Assembly (NCBI GenBank): GCA_010356995.1
Contig: ML996695.1
Location: 195,061 to 259,060 of the forward strand
From: Trichodelitschia bisporula
Taxonomy: Eukaryota
Direction: 5' to 3'
Length of the DNA: 64,000 nt
Part shown: positions 33,276 through 45,024 of the stretch, one piece after another
Layout of the letters: the number at the start of each line of letters is the position of its first letter
Numbering within the stretch: position 1 is the first letter of the stretch
Translations under genes and position numbers: made by a program
The notes under the pieces: generated by a model
What the model was told of the DNA's origin: nothing
What the model saw: only the letters and a program-made list of their open reading frames with translations
The model's database searches: none

Positions 33276-34439
33276 TCAACAGCACTCCCCAAACTCAACC
33301 TCATCATCATCCCCCTCCCCATCATCAATATCCTCCTCCGCCCCCTCCCACCCCTCCAAAAACGCCCCCAAATTCGGCCCCAGCCTATCAAGCACATATC
33401 CCCCCTCAAGCAACAACACAGCCGGCCCACGAAATGACCTCCTAACCCTCTGCCCAATGACCTTATAATCCGGCGTATCCAGCGCAAACCCCCCCAGTGG
33501 ATCTAAGTGAAAAGTATCAAACCCCAGACTCACCAGCAGGCAATCCGGCTGAAAGCCATCTATAACCCTCAGCCCCCCCTCCAACTCCTCGACATACCTC
33601 TCCGCGGAGCACTTCACAGGCAGCGGAATATTAACATTCATGCCCTCGCCCGGCTCCTCACCCTCCTCCTCCTCCGCCCCCGTGTAATACGGATACTCGT
33701 CCTTGCCATGCAAACTGACGTACATGACGTCCTGATCCTCGTAATAAACACCCTGCGTCCCATTCCCATGATGAAAATCCAGATCCAAAATCGCAATCTG
33801 CGAATTCACCCCGTTTAGCGCCCGCACCGCCGCCACCGCCACGACGGCATTATTAACATAGCAATAACCCCCTGCCTGCGTCGTGGTACAATGGTGTCCA
33901 GGCGGCCTCGTCAGCGCCAGCACACTGAGTTTATTTTCCTCATCCCCATCGCCCAGAACCGCTCGCACCCCCTCCACCGCCAGCCCCGCACTCGCCCTCG
34001 TCGCCGCCCACGTTCCAGCCCCAATGCCGCTGCTCATATCAAACGCAAACCATCCGAGCCGGGCCCAGGGATCGGACGGCGCCTTGGAGGGGCCAAGATC
34101 TCTGGGCGGAAAACATTCCGGCAGCAGACTCGCCGAAGTGTCGATCAGGCCTGCGGCAGCGGCAGAGGCGTGCACAGTGCGCAGGTGCGCGAGGTAGTCT
34201 GCCTTGTGGGTTATGGCGAGGAGACGGTCGAGATCGAGGCCGTCGGTGGCGGGGGGACAGGGGGAAGATGGGGAGTGCTCGGGCGGCGCGTGGATGGTGC
34301 GGACTTCGTGATGTGTTGTTGCGAGGTAGGATAGGATGCTGGTGATGCGCTCAGGAGACTCGAGGGCGGGGATGAGGGATGAGCCGAGCAGCTCGACTGT
34401 TTGATGGGTGAGGGTCGTGGGGTCGTGGAGGACGAGCAT
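33276..34439 (-). CDS. Zn-dependent deacetylase of the HDAC/acetylpolyamine amidohydrolase family
   Basis: Intronless 387 aa with 'ESPERI', 'RPPGHH', 'GGYCYVNN', 'DLDFHHGNGTQ', 'SLHG', 'SLGFDT..DPLG' and 'LEGGY'. Confidence 0.9.
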   Translation of the reverse strand: MLVLHDPTTLTHQTVELLGSSLIPALESPERITSILSYLATTHHEVRTIHAPPEHSPSSPCPPATDGLDLDRLLAITHKADYLAHLRTVHASAAAAGLIDTSASLLPECFPPRDLGPSKAPSDPWARLGWFAFDMSSGIGAGTWAATRASAGLAVEGVRAVLGDGDEENKLSVLALTRPPGHHCTTTQAGGYCYVNNAVVAVAAVRALNGVNSQIAILDLDFHHGNGTQGVYYEDQDVMYVSLHGKDEYPYYTGAEEEEGEEPGEGMNVNIPLPVKCSAERYVEELEGGLRVIDGFQPDCLLVSLGFDTFHLDPLGGFALDTPDYKVIGQRVRRSFRGPAVLLLEGGYVLDRLGPNLGAFLEGWEGAEEDIDDGEGDDDEVEFGECC

Positions 34440-35175
34440 GGCGACGGATTGACAGTTTGTGGGTCGCCTGGTGGAGAGGTGTGCGATGCAGCGGTGATAT
34501 TAGCGGTCGACGTTACAGCGATCCAAGGAAGGCGACGAAGCCCACTCAAATGGTGAAGGGGCCACACTCGTGGTTCACCCGTCGGGAGCTCCGCAGAGAC
34601 GTGTCCGATATGCAGCGGTGATGACGTTTGGTGTTCTACAGTCCAAGTAAAGCGACGAAGGTGGTCGCTGTTGGTTCATCCAGCGGAGCTTCACAGACGT
34701 GCATGCAATATGTAGCAGTGATGAGAGTCCTCCAGGTCGGTCTTGCTGCGACCCAAGCAAACAACGAAGGTGAATTGAATGATGGAAACGACGCTCTTGA
34801 TTCAACCCAGCGGAGGATGGCGGACGTGTGCAACAAACAGTAATGATAACGGTGACGTGGGGCGGAAAAGAAGATACGCTGAGCATTCAATCAGCCCCAC
34901 CACCCCCGCAACGGTACTTCCTTCCCCCGTCGCGCGCACCGATCTCGGCCACCACGATCCCACACTGCGCCGCAATCGCAAGCCGCGCCCTCCCGGGACG
35001 GATGTACCCGAGTCGGCAATGCCGCGTCACGTGAACAACCGCGAGAATGCTCAGCCTCGCCCACTAGAACTATTGGACTGCGAATAGAACAGCACATTAA
35101 ACGACTTGCCATGTACAGTATACATGTTCCTACTCGCTAGATCTCACAGAAGCCACAGTATCCCACACGCCCCAG

Positions 35176-36969
35176 CTAAGCCTTATACAGCGTATCCAAA
35201 AACGTGTTCAACAACTCCACCACAACACTCTTATTCGGAAAACTCCCCGCCACGCCATACAGCGCCGCCGTATCCCCCTTCTTCGTCTTCGGCGCGCGCC
35301 CCTCCGCAATCTCCTTCCTTTCCGCCTCGCCCACCTCCGCCACACACGCCCGCAAATCATTCAGCAGATCATCCACCGCCCCTGCAACCGGCAGCGTCAC
35401 CGCCACATGCACCGCCGGCGGATCCTGCAGCGCATTGAGATGCCAACCGCGCGCGCTCATTGCATCCGCAATGGCGTAGACGTCCAGCCCGACGGCGCGG
35501 AACGAGACGACGCTAACGAGCGGCCGCCCTAGGACGCGCAGCTCGGCGGACAGGAGCGGGTCCTCGCGGATGGCTTCCTCGAGACGCCGCGCGGCGCCGA
35601 CAATCGTGTGGCACGCGGAGATATACCCCGCCTCGCCCGTGCGCATCAAGCTCGCCCAGCACCCAGCAATAAGAGCGCCGGGGCGCGACCCAGCGACCGA
35701 GGGCGAGCCGTACACGCCGCCGGGCCAGTTGGGGGTGACAAAGTACTGGTACTGGCGCAGGGAGGAGTCACGGTAGAGCACGGTGCTATTGCCCTTGGGC
35801 GCGAAGCCGTATTTGTGCGTGTCGACGCTGATGCTGGTGACGCCGGGGAGGCGGAAGTCGAAGGGTTCGGTTGGGAAGCCGGCTTTGGCGAGGAAGGGCA
35901 TGAGGAAGGAGCCGAGGCAGCAGTCGACGTGGAGCGGGATGTGCTTTTTGACGGCGAGGCGGGAGAGGGCGGTTAGGTCGTCGATGATGCCGTGTGGGAA
36001 GTTGGGCGCTGAGCCGACGAGGAGGATGGTGTTGGGGTTGATGAGGCGTGAGACGGAGGGGATGTGCACTTTGTATGAGGGCGCGGGGCACTTGACTAGA
36101 TGCACTTTGATGCCGAAGTACTCACTGGCCTTGAGGAAGGCGGCATGGGCGGTATTGGGGAGGATCCTGCGCTGTCAGTAGAGAACGCGTACGAAAAGGA
36201 CCGAGACTCAAAACATACATCTCCGGCTTCCTGACTCCGCGCTCGTGATATGCCTTCTGGCGCGCACTCAAGCAAGCCATGAGAATGGACTCCGTGCCAC
36301 CGCTGGTGCTCACACCCCCCGCACCATCAGGCGCATTGAACAGCGAGAGCACCATAGCGACAATCTCTGCCTCCATCTTGCGCACAGCCGGAAAGACATC
36401 CGGATGAATCGGATTAGCGACCGTAAACAATCCAAACGCCTCCGTCTGCAGCTTCGCCAAGTCCTCGCCGCCATGATACACAGCCCCGCTCACGCGTCCC
36501 TCCTCCCACCTCGTATGCTCCATGCCCGCCAGACGCGCCAACTCCTCGCGCACCCGCTCATCCGTCCATCCCTCGTCCGGGAGGCGCAAGTGCCGCTCCA
36601 CGCCCGGTCCCGACGGTACGAGTTTGCGCTCAAGATTGATTTTCGCTTCCGCGATTTGCGTGGCCACCTTATCGCGCACACCAGGTAGCCGCAGGAAGAT
36701 GCCGTAGAGCGAGCGGCGAATCGAGGCGTAGAGAGAGACGGTAAGACCAATGGGGCCGCGGCCCTTCAATGCGTAGAAAGCGCGACGCGTCAGTCGGAGG
36801 AGGAAGAGAACAAAGACGATGTTGCGAATGCTGCTTTGGGTTAAAGACGGGAAATGGAAGCGTCGCGCGGGGCTTACATGTCGAGGTTGAGCGCAACGAG
36901 CTGGCGCTGTCTCGCCATTTTGGGCGCAGCGTCCCGCAGGCTGATGGCTAACCTGGAAGAGCCAGGCAT
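35176..36969 (-). CDS. DPL1: Sphingosine-1-phosphate lyase (PLP-dependent); exons 36969-36878, 36830-36219, 36166-35176
   Basis: 'GRVSGAVYHG', 'NPIHPDVFP.VRKMEAE', 'TSGGTESILMA', 'HVDCCLG', PLP-lysine motif 'SVDTHKYGFAPKG', 'GSRPG'; two GT-AG introns. Confidence 0.94.
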
Positions 36970-37435
36970 TGTGTTTGTGGGGGCGCAATGGATGAGAAGA
37001 TTCGAGTATTGCGTGGAGGTGGATGCTGGAAATCCTGGAAGTTTAACTTGGAGGCCTGGCCGGGTCCTGGTGGTTTGCGAGCGATGTCACTTTGTGGCGT
37101 CAATCACATGCGGGTAACGGACGGGAAGCCAAGCCCCGATCCCGAGACCCATTTTACTGCGCCACATGTGGCGAATGGCTGTGCACCAGCAATGAGAACA
37201 CAGTGCGAGGTATCGGAGACGGAAACGTTCAGTGCAGCTCGGCTTTGATTCACTCAAGTCTTACGGAGCAGAAACCCTCAACTCTACAACAACAGGGAGT
37301 ATCTCGTCAAAAGTCCCACCTTTTACCGGATCCACATCGGTCAAGGAGTACCGCCCAAACGCCCATATACATCGCATGCCGAAACCCCCATACCAACGAT
37401 GACTATGAATTCTCCGCTTGAACGCCCAAATAAAA

Positions 37436-38282
37436 TCAGTGCTCCATAAGCTCCACAGGCGGCCGTGTAGTGTGCGTGATCAGCGTACGCGGCTCCGCAG
37501 ACACCGGACTCTCCTCCGACTCATCCGTCGTATCCTCCACCGAGATCATGGGCAAATCGGGATCATCGCCGTGATCATCGGGGTGATAGACGAGAGTCGA
37601 GCTGCGGCTGCGGTTGCGCAAGTGGGCGGAGCGCAGTACATCCTCCTCGGGGCCGTTGGGGCGATTCAACTCGCGCAGCTTGGCCAGTGCTTCGGCCAAG
37701 TCGTCGGCGTGCACAGCCTTGTTGGGTGGTTCCTCGTTGCGCAACTCCCACCCATGCGGGGGCGAAGGCGGCGGCGAAATAAAGAAGAGCTTGTCGGCTT
37801 TGGGGAGCTTCAGGTGCTGCTCGTCCGGCATGCGGATCTCCGTATGTGTGCCAAAGTAGACGCGCGCGCGGGAACCGAGGATGTATTCGCCATCGAGCTT
37901 TTGGCGCGCAGCCGTGGCATGTTCCGTATTCGCGAACACGGCGATTATGCGGCGGAAAGACTTGAGCGGTGCCCAGCTCACGATGGTCGCGTGTTGGCCT
38001 ATGGCTTCGCGGATGCTCTCGAGCGTGAGGGTATCGAAAATGGCGATGTTGTCGAGATTCTGCGTTATTGTTAGCGCTGGCAGGTTTTGGCTGCGGGATG
38101 CGCGCGAAACTTACGGTGATGAGGAGAGTGTTTGACGGGGGCGCCGGGGTTATGAGCTGCGGAAGGTTTGACATATCCAACGTAAGAGGCGATGATGATC
38201 CGGAGGAGCGCCGACTGTAGAGAGAAGCCCGTTGAGGTGGCGAGAGTTGCGGGGAGGAGGCGGGAGAGTCGACGACAGCCAT
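37436..38282 (-). CDS. RCN1: Calcipressin / regulator of calcineurin; exons 38282-38115, 38059-37436
   Basis: 'PSNTLLIT', 'WAPLKSFRRII', the RCAN signature 'FFISPPPSPPHGW', a PxIxIT-like 'PMISVED' and C-terminal 'HTTRPP'. Confidence 0.92.
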
Positions 38283-39969
38283 GACCGAGGAAGGTGAGTC
38301 TGTGAAGTGGGACTACGAAGCGGGAGGATGCTGTTTATAAAGGAAGGTGCGGTTTCTGTGCAGAGTGATGATGAGAAGAAGAGCCGGCTGCTGTGCAGTC
38401 TTATATGAGAAATGATAGAAGCGAGGTGAGGCAAAAGCGTTACGCGGCGGAGTTGACTGTGAATGGCTGCGGCAAGCCAATGACCTGGGCACCAGCACAG
38501 CCACTTCACACAGGAACGTGATGACCCCCAGTTGTCTCCGCCTGTGAGTGCCTTTGTGGGCCCCGGTTGAGCGACACAAATTGACTAGTACTGTGGTAGA
38601 CGAGGTTTGATGATGGTCTGTACAAGTCTAGAGTCCGCTGAAAAGACTCTTTCAACGACCAACCCCTTTCCAACTTCTTCTTCGTCCTCTGCTCCGCCTC
38701 TTTCGTGTCAGGGAACCAGGAACACTAGTAACATATCGCTTCTTCCTGGATTCATAAGGGAGACAAATCAAAATTCCGAGAGCAGCTCCCGAGGCAGCCC
38801 AAGGCATTCTTTTGCACTTTCCCTGCAACAATCCTGTGCTCAACCTTCTGGCTAAGGCATGTTGTCCTTGTGTGTGTAGCGTCTCACCTGCCCCAAACGA
38901 CAACACCCTCACACACAAGTACCATCAAGAGATCATCTTCCAGGTCATCAGAAGGCGCAGCACTCTGCTCACGGTTACGAGGCAGGACGACGTTGACGAC
39001 GAATATGACTTTACTAGGTTGAGGAAGCCCGGGCACGCCTGGATAATACCTTGACGTCTAAAGAGAATTTGTAGCGGACAATCGAAACAACTGCCCAGGG
39101 CTTCTTAAACCCAAGGATCAGCCAGCAGACGACTCCACAAAATGCCGACCACTCCAACGTATAAGACGTCGTGTGGACTCTGGATTTCCATCTTGGCTGC
39201 GCAATCCGAAAGGTAGCGACCTCGCTAGCGGCATCTAAGCATTCCGCAGTTGCTCCCCCCCCAGTCCTACGGGCCGCCCCACACCACAACCGGTACGCCC
39301 TCGGCCTGCGGAGTATCAAGCCGCGATTTGATTTGTACTAGACGACCGTTGACGCGCAATGCCGTTGTGGCGGGGTAGACTTTGCTGAGTCGCTGATGTC
39401 CCCGCTGATACACTACTCCCGTACTCGCTGATGCTTCTGCTGATAAGAGGGAGGCGCATCGAGTCATCCGCATCCCCAATGCACATCAACTCGCCTCGTC
39501 CCTTCGGTGAGTCTTCTTCCGTTACGCCATATCACAGCATCAAACACTTTAGCGATGCCGGACGTATGCTGCAAGGAACTCGCCGATATCACGTGCTACT
39601 TGCATGCTACGAGACGTTGTGAGTGGTCGAGGCTGGGCCGCGTATCCGCTGTTGACCAGGCTTTGCAGCCTCGACGAGCCAAAGCAGCAAAGCCTTCCCC
39701 GAGGGGCCTCACCCCAACTGGTCCCAAGGTCGTTCCCCGCTGCTGCAGCAAGCCCATGATGTCGTTCGCCGACGCCCTTGCTCCTCACATGGTGCGGTGA
39801 CTGCAAACCCGCTTTCCGCTGCCCGCTCTTTGCCTGCGTGATGTCCCGCCAATTACTCACCTCTCTTCCACTTTTCTTTCTCTTCTTCTCTTTCTCGCCT
39901 TGATATCAACGAGCAAGTTTCTCCACCCCCCTCGTCTCTTGGTTTCCATTTTCATCCGCGTTGCCCAGC

Positions 39970-41583
39970 ATGAAGAATGATCGAGACTCTCGGCCGGAGC
40001 CCAAGCTCCCAATCCAGCAGCTCACGGTGCTCTCCATCCTGCGCCTCGCCGAGCCCATAGCCCTGACCAGCGTTTTCCCGTACTTGCCCGAGATGATCGA
40101 GTCGTTTGGCGTACATTCAACCGATGTCGCCAAATGGACTGGTATCACGTCCGCCATCTTCTCCATCAGCCAGTGCTTGACCGCCATACCATGGGGCCGC
40201 GCCTCAGACAAGTATGGCCGCAAGCCAATTATCCTGCTCGCCATGACCTGCGCCCTGACTTCGAGCCTGTTCTTTGGCTTCTCCACGAGCCTGCGCTGGG
40301 CAATCATTGCGAGAGCCCTATCCGGCGCATCCAACGGCAACGTCGGCATCTTGCGGACGACGGTGGCGGAAATGGTCCCGGAAAAATCGCTTCAGCCCCG
40401 CGCCTTCTCCACACTACCGCTCATCTGGCAGGTCGGCAGCATCGTCGGGCCCATTCTCGGCGGCAGCCTCGCCTCCCCGGCATCCAAGATGCCGGAGATA
40501 TTCGGGAATAGCAAGTTCCTGCGAAAATACCCCTTCGCTTTGCCGAACCTAGTGAACTCCGTTTTCTTCGCCATAGGCCTCTCGGCTGGTATCTTTTTCC
40601 TCAAGGAATCGCTAGAGACGAAGAAGCACCGCCGCGACTATGGCCGCATGCTCGGCAGGTACATCACACGTCCCTTCAGCCGCGGGTATAAGGCATTGCC
40701 ATCCGACGACTTCGATGGTGGTTACGCGGCCAAGCACCCGAAGACACCGCCTGTGCCACCGCCTTCGTACCGCTCCGTCTTTACCCGTCAATCTTGCATC
40801 ACCCTAGCGGCGTACACGATTCTCGCCCTCCACGGCTCGGCCCACGACCAGCTGATCACGGTGTACATGCATCTTGCGCCCGCCAACCCGGCAACCACGC
40901 CCAAAGACGCCTTCCTCCCCGGCGGCTTCGGGCTGGACTCGGGGCGCATCGGCATCCTGTTCACCATCTACGGTATCTTCAGCATGGTAGCGCAGTTCGC
41001 AGTGTTCCCGCCCGTGGCGTCGCGCTACGGCGCGCTCAAGTGCTTCCGCTTGTGCACAATTGTGTTCCCGCTCATGTACATGGCGACGCCGTTTACCATC
41101 CTAGCGCCAACGCCGTTCTTGAAGGAGGTATCATTGCTAGCGGTGATGATGACCAAGGCGATGGCGGCGGTTTTTGCCTTCCCTTGCGTTACCATTTTGA
41201 TGACGAATTCGGCGAGTAGTTTGAGGGTACTTGGGACTCTGAACGGTGTTGCGACGGCGCTGTCGGCGGTGGGCCGCGCGTGTGGCCCGTATATGTCTGG
41301 TAGGGCGTTTACGTGGGGCATTGAGCATGGGAATGGCTGTGCGGGGTGGGCTGTGCTGGCGGTTTGCGCGGTGCCGGGGCATTTTATTACTTATTGGCTG
41401 CGGGACCAGCCGGGGTTTGGCGAGGAAAAGGATGAGGGCATCAAGCTTGAAGACAGGCGGGAAATGGAGGAGGCGTTCCGGGAAGGGGAGTTCGAGGTTG
41501 GCGATGACGAGGGTGAGGATATTGAGGCGCAGGATGCGCCTTTGTTGAGCGAGGCGGCGCGGGAGAAGGAGTGGAGGGGTTGA
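39970..41583 (+). CDS. Major facilitator superfamily transporter (DHA1-like)
   Basis: Intronless. 'AEPIALTSVFPYLPEM', MFS motif A 'WGRASDKYGRKP', 'NGNVGILRTTVAE', about 12 TM segments. Confidence 0.9.
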   Translation: MKNDRDSRPEPKLPIQQLTVLSILRLAEPIALTSVFPYLPEMIESFGVHSTDVAKWTGITSAIFSISQCLTAIPWGRASDKYGRKPIILLAMTCALTSSLFFGFSTSLRWAIIARALSGASNGNVGILRTTVAEMVPEKSLQPRAFSTLPLIWQVGSIVGPILGGSLASPASKMPEIFGNSKFLRKYPFALPNLVNSVFFAIGLSAGIFFLKESLETKKHRRDYGRMLGRYITRPFSRGYKALPSDDFDGGYAAKHPKTPPVPPPSYRSVFTRQSCITLAAYTILALHGSAHDQLITVYMHLAPANPATTPKDAFLPGGFGLDSGRIGILFTIYGIFSMVAQFAVFPPVASRYGALKCFRLCTIVFPLMYMATPFTILAPTPFLKEVSLLAVMMTKAMAAVFAFPCVTILMTNSASSLRVLGTLNGVATALSAVGRACGPYMSGRAFTWGIEHGNGCAGWAVLAVCAVPGHFITYWLRDQPGFGEEKDEGIKLEDRREMEEAFREGEFEVGDDEGEDIEAQDAPLLSEAAREKEWRG

Positions 41584-42182
41584 ATTCTGCTTTGGACAAT
41601 TTTGGCGAATGGGCATTTCAGGTGCAGAATATGATGGCACTGGGACGAGGGGCATGATGAGTTGGCGTCTTACGAGGTGTTACGGATTGCTAGATTCGGG
41701 CTTTGGGTGACGATGGGTTATGGCGCTGGATATATGGCAGTGTTCGGCTGCTGACGGATGTTGGTATGTGGGCGGTGGATCAGCATGGACTCCTGGGAAT
41801 GGGAATGAGGGATAGGCGACTACCAGAAATACACGCATTTAGGAATGAACTAGTGTCTTCAGTAAGTAGCATGGAATAAGGAGCTTGCGATGTTGTGGTG
41901 TTGAAATCAGCCTTGTGTTTCCCCAGCACCGTGCACAGGCCTCTCTGCGCGTCACGTGCACTGTGTCAAGGCACGGACAAGGGACTCGCCGCATCCAGAA
42001 CTCGAACTCAACACCACCCACTACGGACCAAACCCTCCACTTCCCAACCCCATACATTACCCCCACCAGGGTCGACGCAAAGACAGCGCTACACACACAG
42101 TTGCTTAGCGACTCGAGATCCGTCGTACCCCCCGGTACACTCCCTCTCGTACCGCGCATCTCATCCCCCCACCGCCGCAGCC

Positions 42183-43276
42183 ATGGACTACGACATGCTG
42201 CCCGTGGAGGGCGAATCCGGCCCCATAGTAACCATCAAAGAGGTGCACCTCACCCCCCCCCTCTCTCAAACACCAACTAACCCACCAAGGCCGACCCGCA
42301 AAGTGTGCAACTCGTCCTCCGCAACGTGGACCTCTCCTTCGCCAACTCCCTCCGCCGCGTCGCCCTCTCCGAAGTCCCAACCATCGCCATCGATCTCGTG
42401 GAAGTAGAAGCCAACACCAGTGTCCTCGCCGACGAATTCATCTGCCACCGCCTGGGCCTCGTCCCGCTGAACAGCAAGGGCGTGGACGATCTGCGGTACA
42501 CGCGCGACTGCGACTGCGAGCAGTACTGCGAGTACTGCAGCGTGACCCTGACGCTGCATGCGCGCTGCTCGAGCGCGGATATCATGCATGTGTTTGCGCG
42601 CGACCTGGTTGTGTCTGAGGGGAGGCCGAATGAGTGGGTGGGGACGCCGGTTATTGTGGATCCAGAGGGCAAGGGCGTGCTTATTGCGAAGCTGCGCAAG
42701 GGGCAGGAGATTCGCATGAAGTGTGTTGCGAAGAAGGGCATTGCGAAGGAGCATGCGAAGTGGGCGCCGACCGCGGCGGTGGAGTTCGAGTATGATCCGC
42801 ATAACAAGCTGCGCCATCTGGATCTCTGGTATGAGGAAGACGCGAAGACGGAATGGTATGCCCGCCCCCCCCCCCTTCCTGACCCCACACTGATCCCCAG
42901 GCCCCTCTCCGAAAACGCCCAGTGGGAAGACCCCGCGCAAGAAGGCGAGCCGTTCAACTACGACGCCGTGCCAGAAACCTTCTACATGCGCTTCGAAACC
43001 GTCGGCACCATCGAGCCGGACGCCTGCTTCCAGCAAACCGTCAAAGTGCTGCAGCAGAAGCTCGCCGAAGTCATCGGTGCCCTGGCAGGCAATGATCAAA
43101 ACGGCGTGAACGGCGACGCGGGCGGATACAGTCCTGCGGGTCCGAATGGTGTGGGGCATGATGCTGGGTACACGACGCCGTATGCCGCGGGGGCGCCCGG
43201 GGGTATGACGGCTTGGGGCGGGGCGCAGACGCCGTATGCGCCTACGACGCCGTATGGCGGGGCGAATGGGTTCTAG
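42183..43276 (+). CDS. RPB3: DNA-directed RNA polymerase II subunit Rpb3; exons 42183-42242, 42290-42855, 42901-43276
   Basis: 'ANSLRRV..SEVPTIAID.V', 'NTSVLADEFICHRLGLVPL', Zn site 'CDCEQYCEYC', 'KGIAKEHAKW'. Confidence 0.96.
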
Positions 43277-43651
43277 ACGAGGACGCGGGTGCAGGCGGTT
43301 TTCATTGTATTTGCATGGCTTGGGGGTGCTAGACGGAGTGCGTCTGGCGTTTGGGTGTTCATGATTATTGTACCAGTAGGTCGGGGCAGGTAAAAGTGTC
43401 AAAGTAATGGAGTGTCCATGTCATCAATTCGACCCATTTTTTGGGTTTGAGATATGCGTATATGGTACATTTTTTTTTATCTCGGGGACGGGCTGGAGCG
43501 CGCTGTTCCAGCGGTCCCCGAGATGCGTAACCGGAGAGGAGAAATTATGTACACGGTCAAAGGAGTGCAACGCCAGCCGCTCTATGCATGCACCCGTACC
43601 CATCTCCGCGTCTGTCGTTGCGTCGTGCATTTTTTTTCGTGTCGAGTGTGT

Positions 43652-44474
43652 CTAGGGGTTCTTAACCACGCCCACCTGCGCCGCCTGCGATCGTTAGCTC
43701 AGCCCAACCAGAAATAAAATACGGGCAACTCACCCTCAACACGCGCCCATTAAGCAAATACCCCTTCTGCTGCGTATGAAACACAACCCCATCCTCCTTA
43801 TCTTTAACCGGCGTATGAAACACCGCCTCATGCCGATTGGGATCGAACTTCACCCCCTCCGCCGCGGGATCAAACCGGCTCACACCATGCCTCTTCAGCG
43901 TATCCAGCAACACCTTCTCCGTCAACTGCAGCCCCTTATGCAGATTCACAAGATCGGCATGGATCTCCTCCACGGGGGCCGCGTCGTGGCTCGCTAGCTT
44001 CGTCGTAGGCACGGAGGTGAGCCCCGCCTCGAGGTTGTCGAGCGAGGAGAGCAGGTCGCGCGCGAATTTTTGCAATGCGAAGTCTTTGGCTGCTTGGGCT
44101 TCGCGCTTGGTGCGGTCTTGCAGGTTGCGGTAGTCGGCGATGGCGCGGAGGTATTTGTCCTAAGGGCGTTAGCGAGCGTTGGGTGGGTGGGTGGTGGGCG
44201 GCGGGGAAGCAGAGGGGGAGTGAAGTACCTTCAATTCCATGCACTCCTTCGTCTTCGCCTCGAGCGCTTTCTTCAGCCCCAAGGTCTCCTCAGCGGACTG
44301 GGCGCTGGCCTCCGGCGATGTTTCCGTGCCGGCCTCTTTCGCTGCGGCATCGGCGTAGAAGCGGCGCGGCGTGGCGGTTGCGAGTCTAGGTACCACGGGG
44401 CGGAAGGCAGGCGATGCGGTAGGAGGGACTCGAGACAGCGGGCGCGCGGCGCGGAACAGAGTTCGCTGGATCAT
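43652..44474 (-). CDS. MGE1: Mitochondrial GrpE nucleotide exchange factor; exons 44474-44229, 44159-43734, 43684-43652
   Basis: Mitochondrial presequence; spliced 'KDKYLRAIADYRNLQDRTKRE..AAKDFALQKFARDLL', 'FDPNRHEA', 'KGYLLNGRVLRAAQVGVVK'. Confidence 0.93.
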
Positions 44475-44501
44475 GGCTGCGTTGTGGGAAGTTCGTCGAG
44501 G

Positions 44502-44502
<1 letters not shown>

Positions 44503-44552
<50 letters not shown>
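44503..44552. repeat. Poly-G/poly-C homopolymer (50 nt)
   Basis: Uninterrupted G run on the + strand, ending 28 bp upstream of the MGE1 start codon. Confidence 0.9.
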
Positions 44553-44553
<1 letters not shown>

Positions 44554-45024
44554 GGTGCGGTAGGCAGTGATCAAGCCGATACCGCGGATGCGGACTTGGG
44601 TGAAGCAAATGGGGTGGGGAGTAAGGGTAGAGAGACTGGTGAGTGCGAATTGGGACAGTAGTGATGGGATGATATGGTTGAAGTTGAGCTCGTGAGCCCT
44701 GCACAGAATATTTGCTATCCGCCCCCGCCAAGGCGAAGTGCTCGGCCCGCTGCCTCGGACGCCAAGCCCGCACGCCCGGGATGCCGTGCGGAGCGAGACC
44801 GGGGACGGGGAGCGCGAGCCTCGCGCCACACTCTCAACTCACATCGCATCGCCATCTCCCGCACCTCACCCACAACCTTAACGGGCGTGGTCGAGCCCTT
44901 CCTCTATATAAGCCACAGGCGCCCGGGACCATTGCGCACCTAGTCCGCTCTCTCGACTCCAGTCTAACTTATCCATCCCCAGCGCTTCACCACGATACAT
45001 TCGCGCTTCCTGGACACAGCAACG

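Noticed and set aside
38608..38641. TGATGA...CTGA pair resembling C/D snoRNA boxes
   Set aside because: Only about 34 nt apart, with no terminal stem or recognisable rRNA guide.
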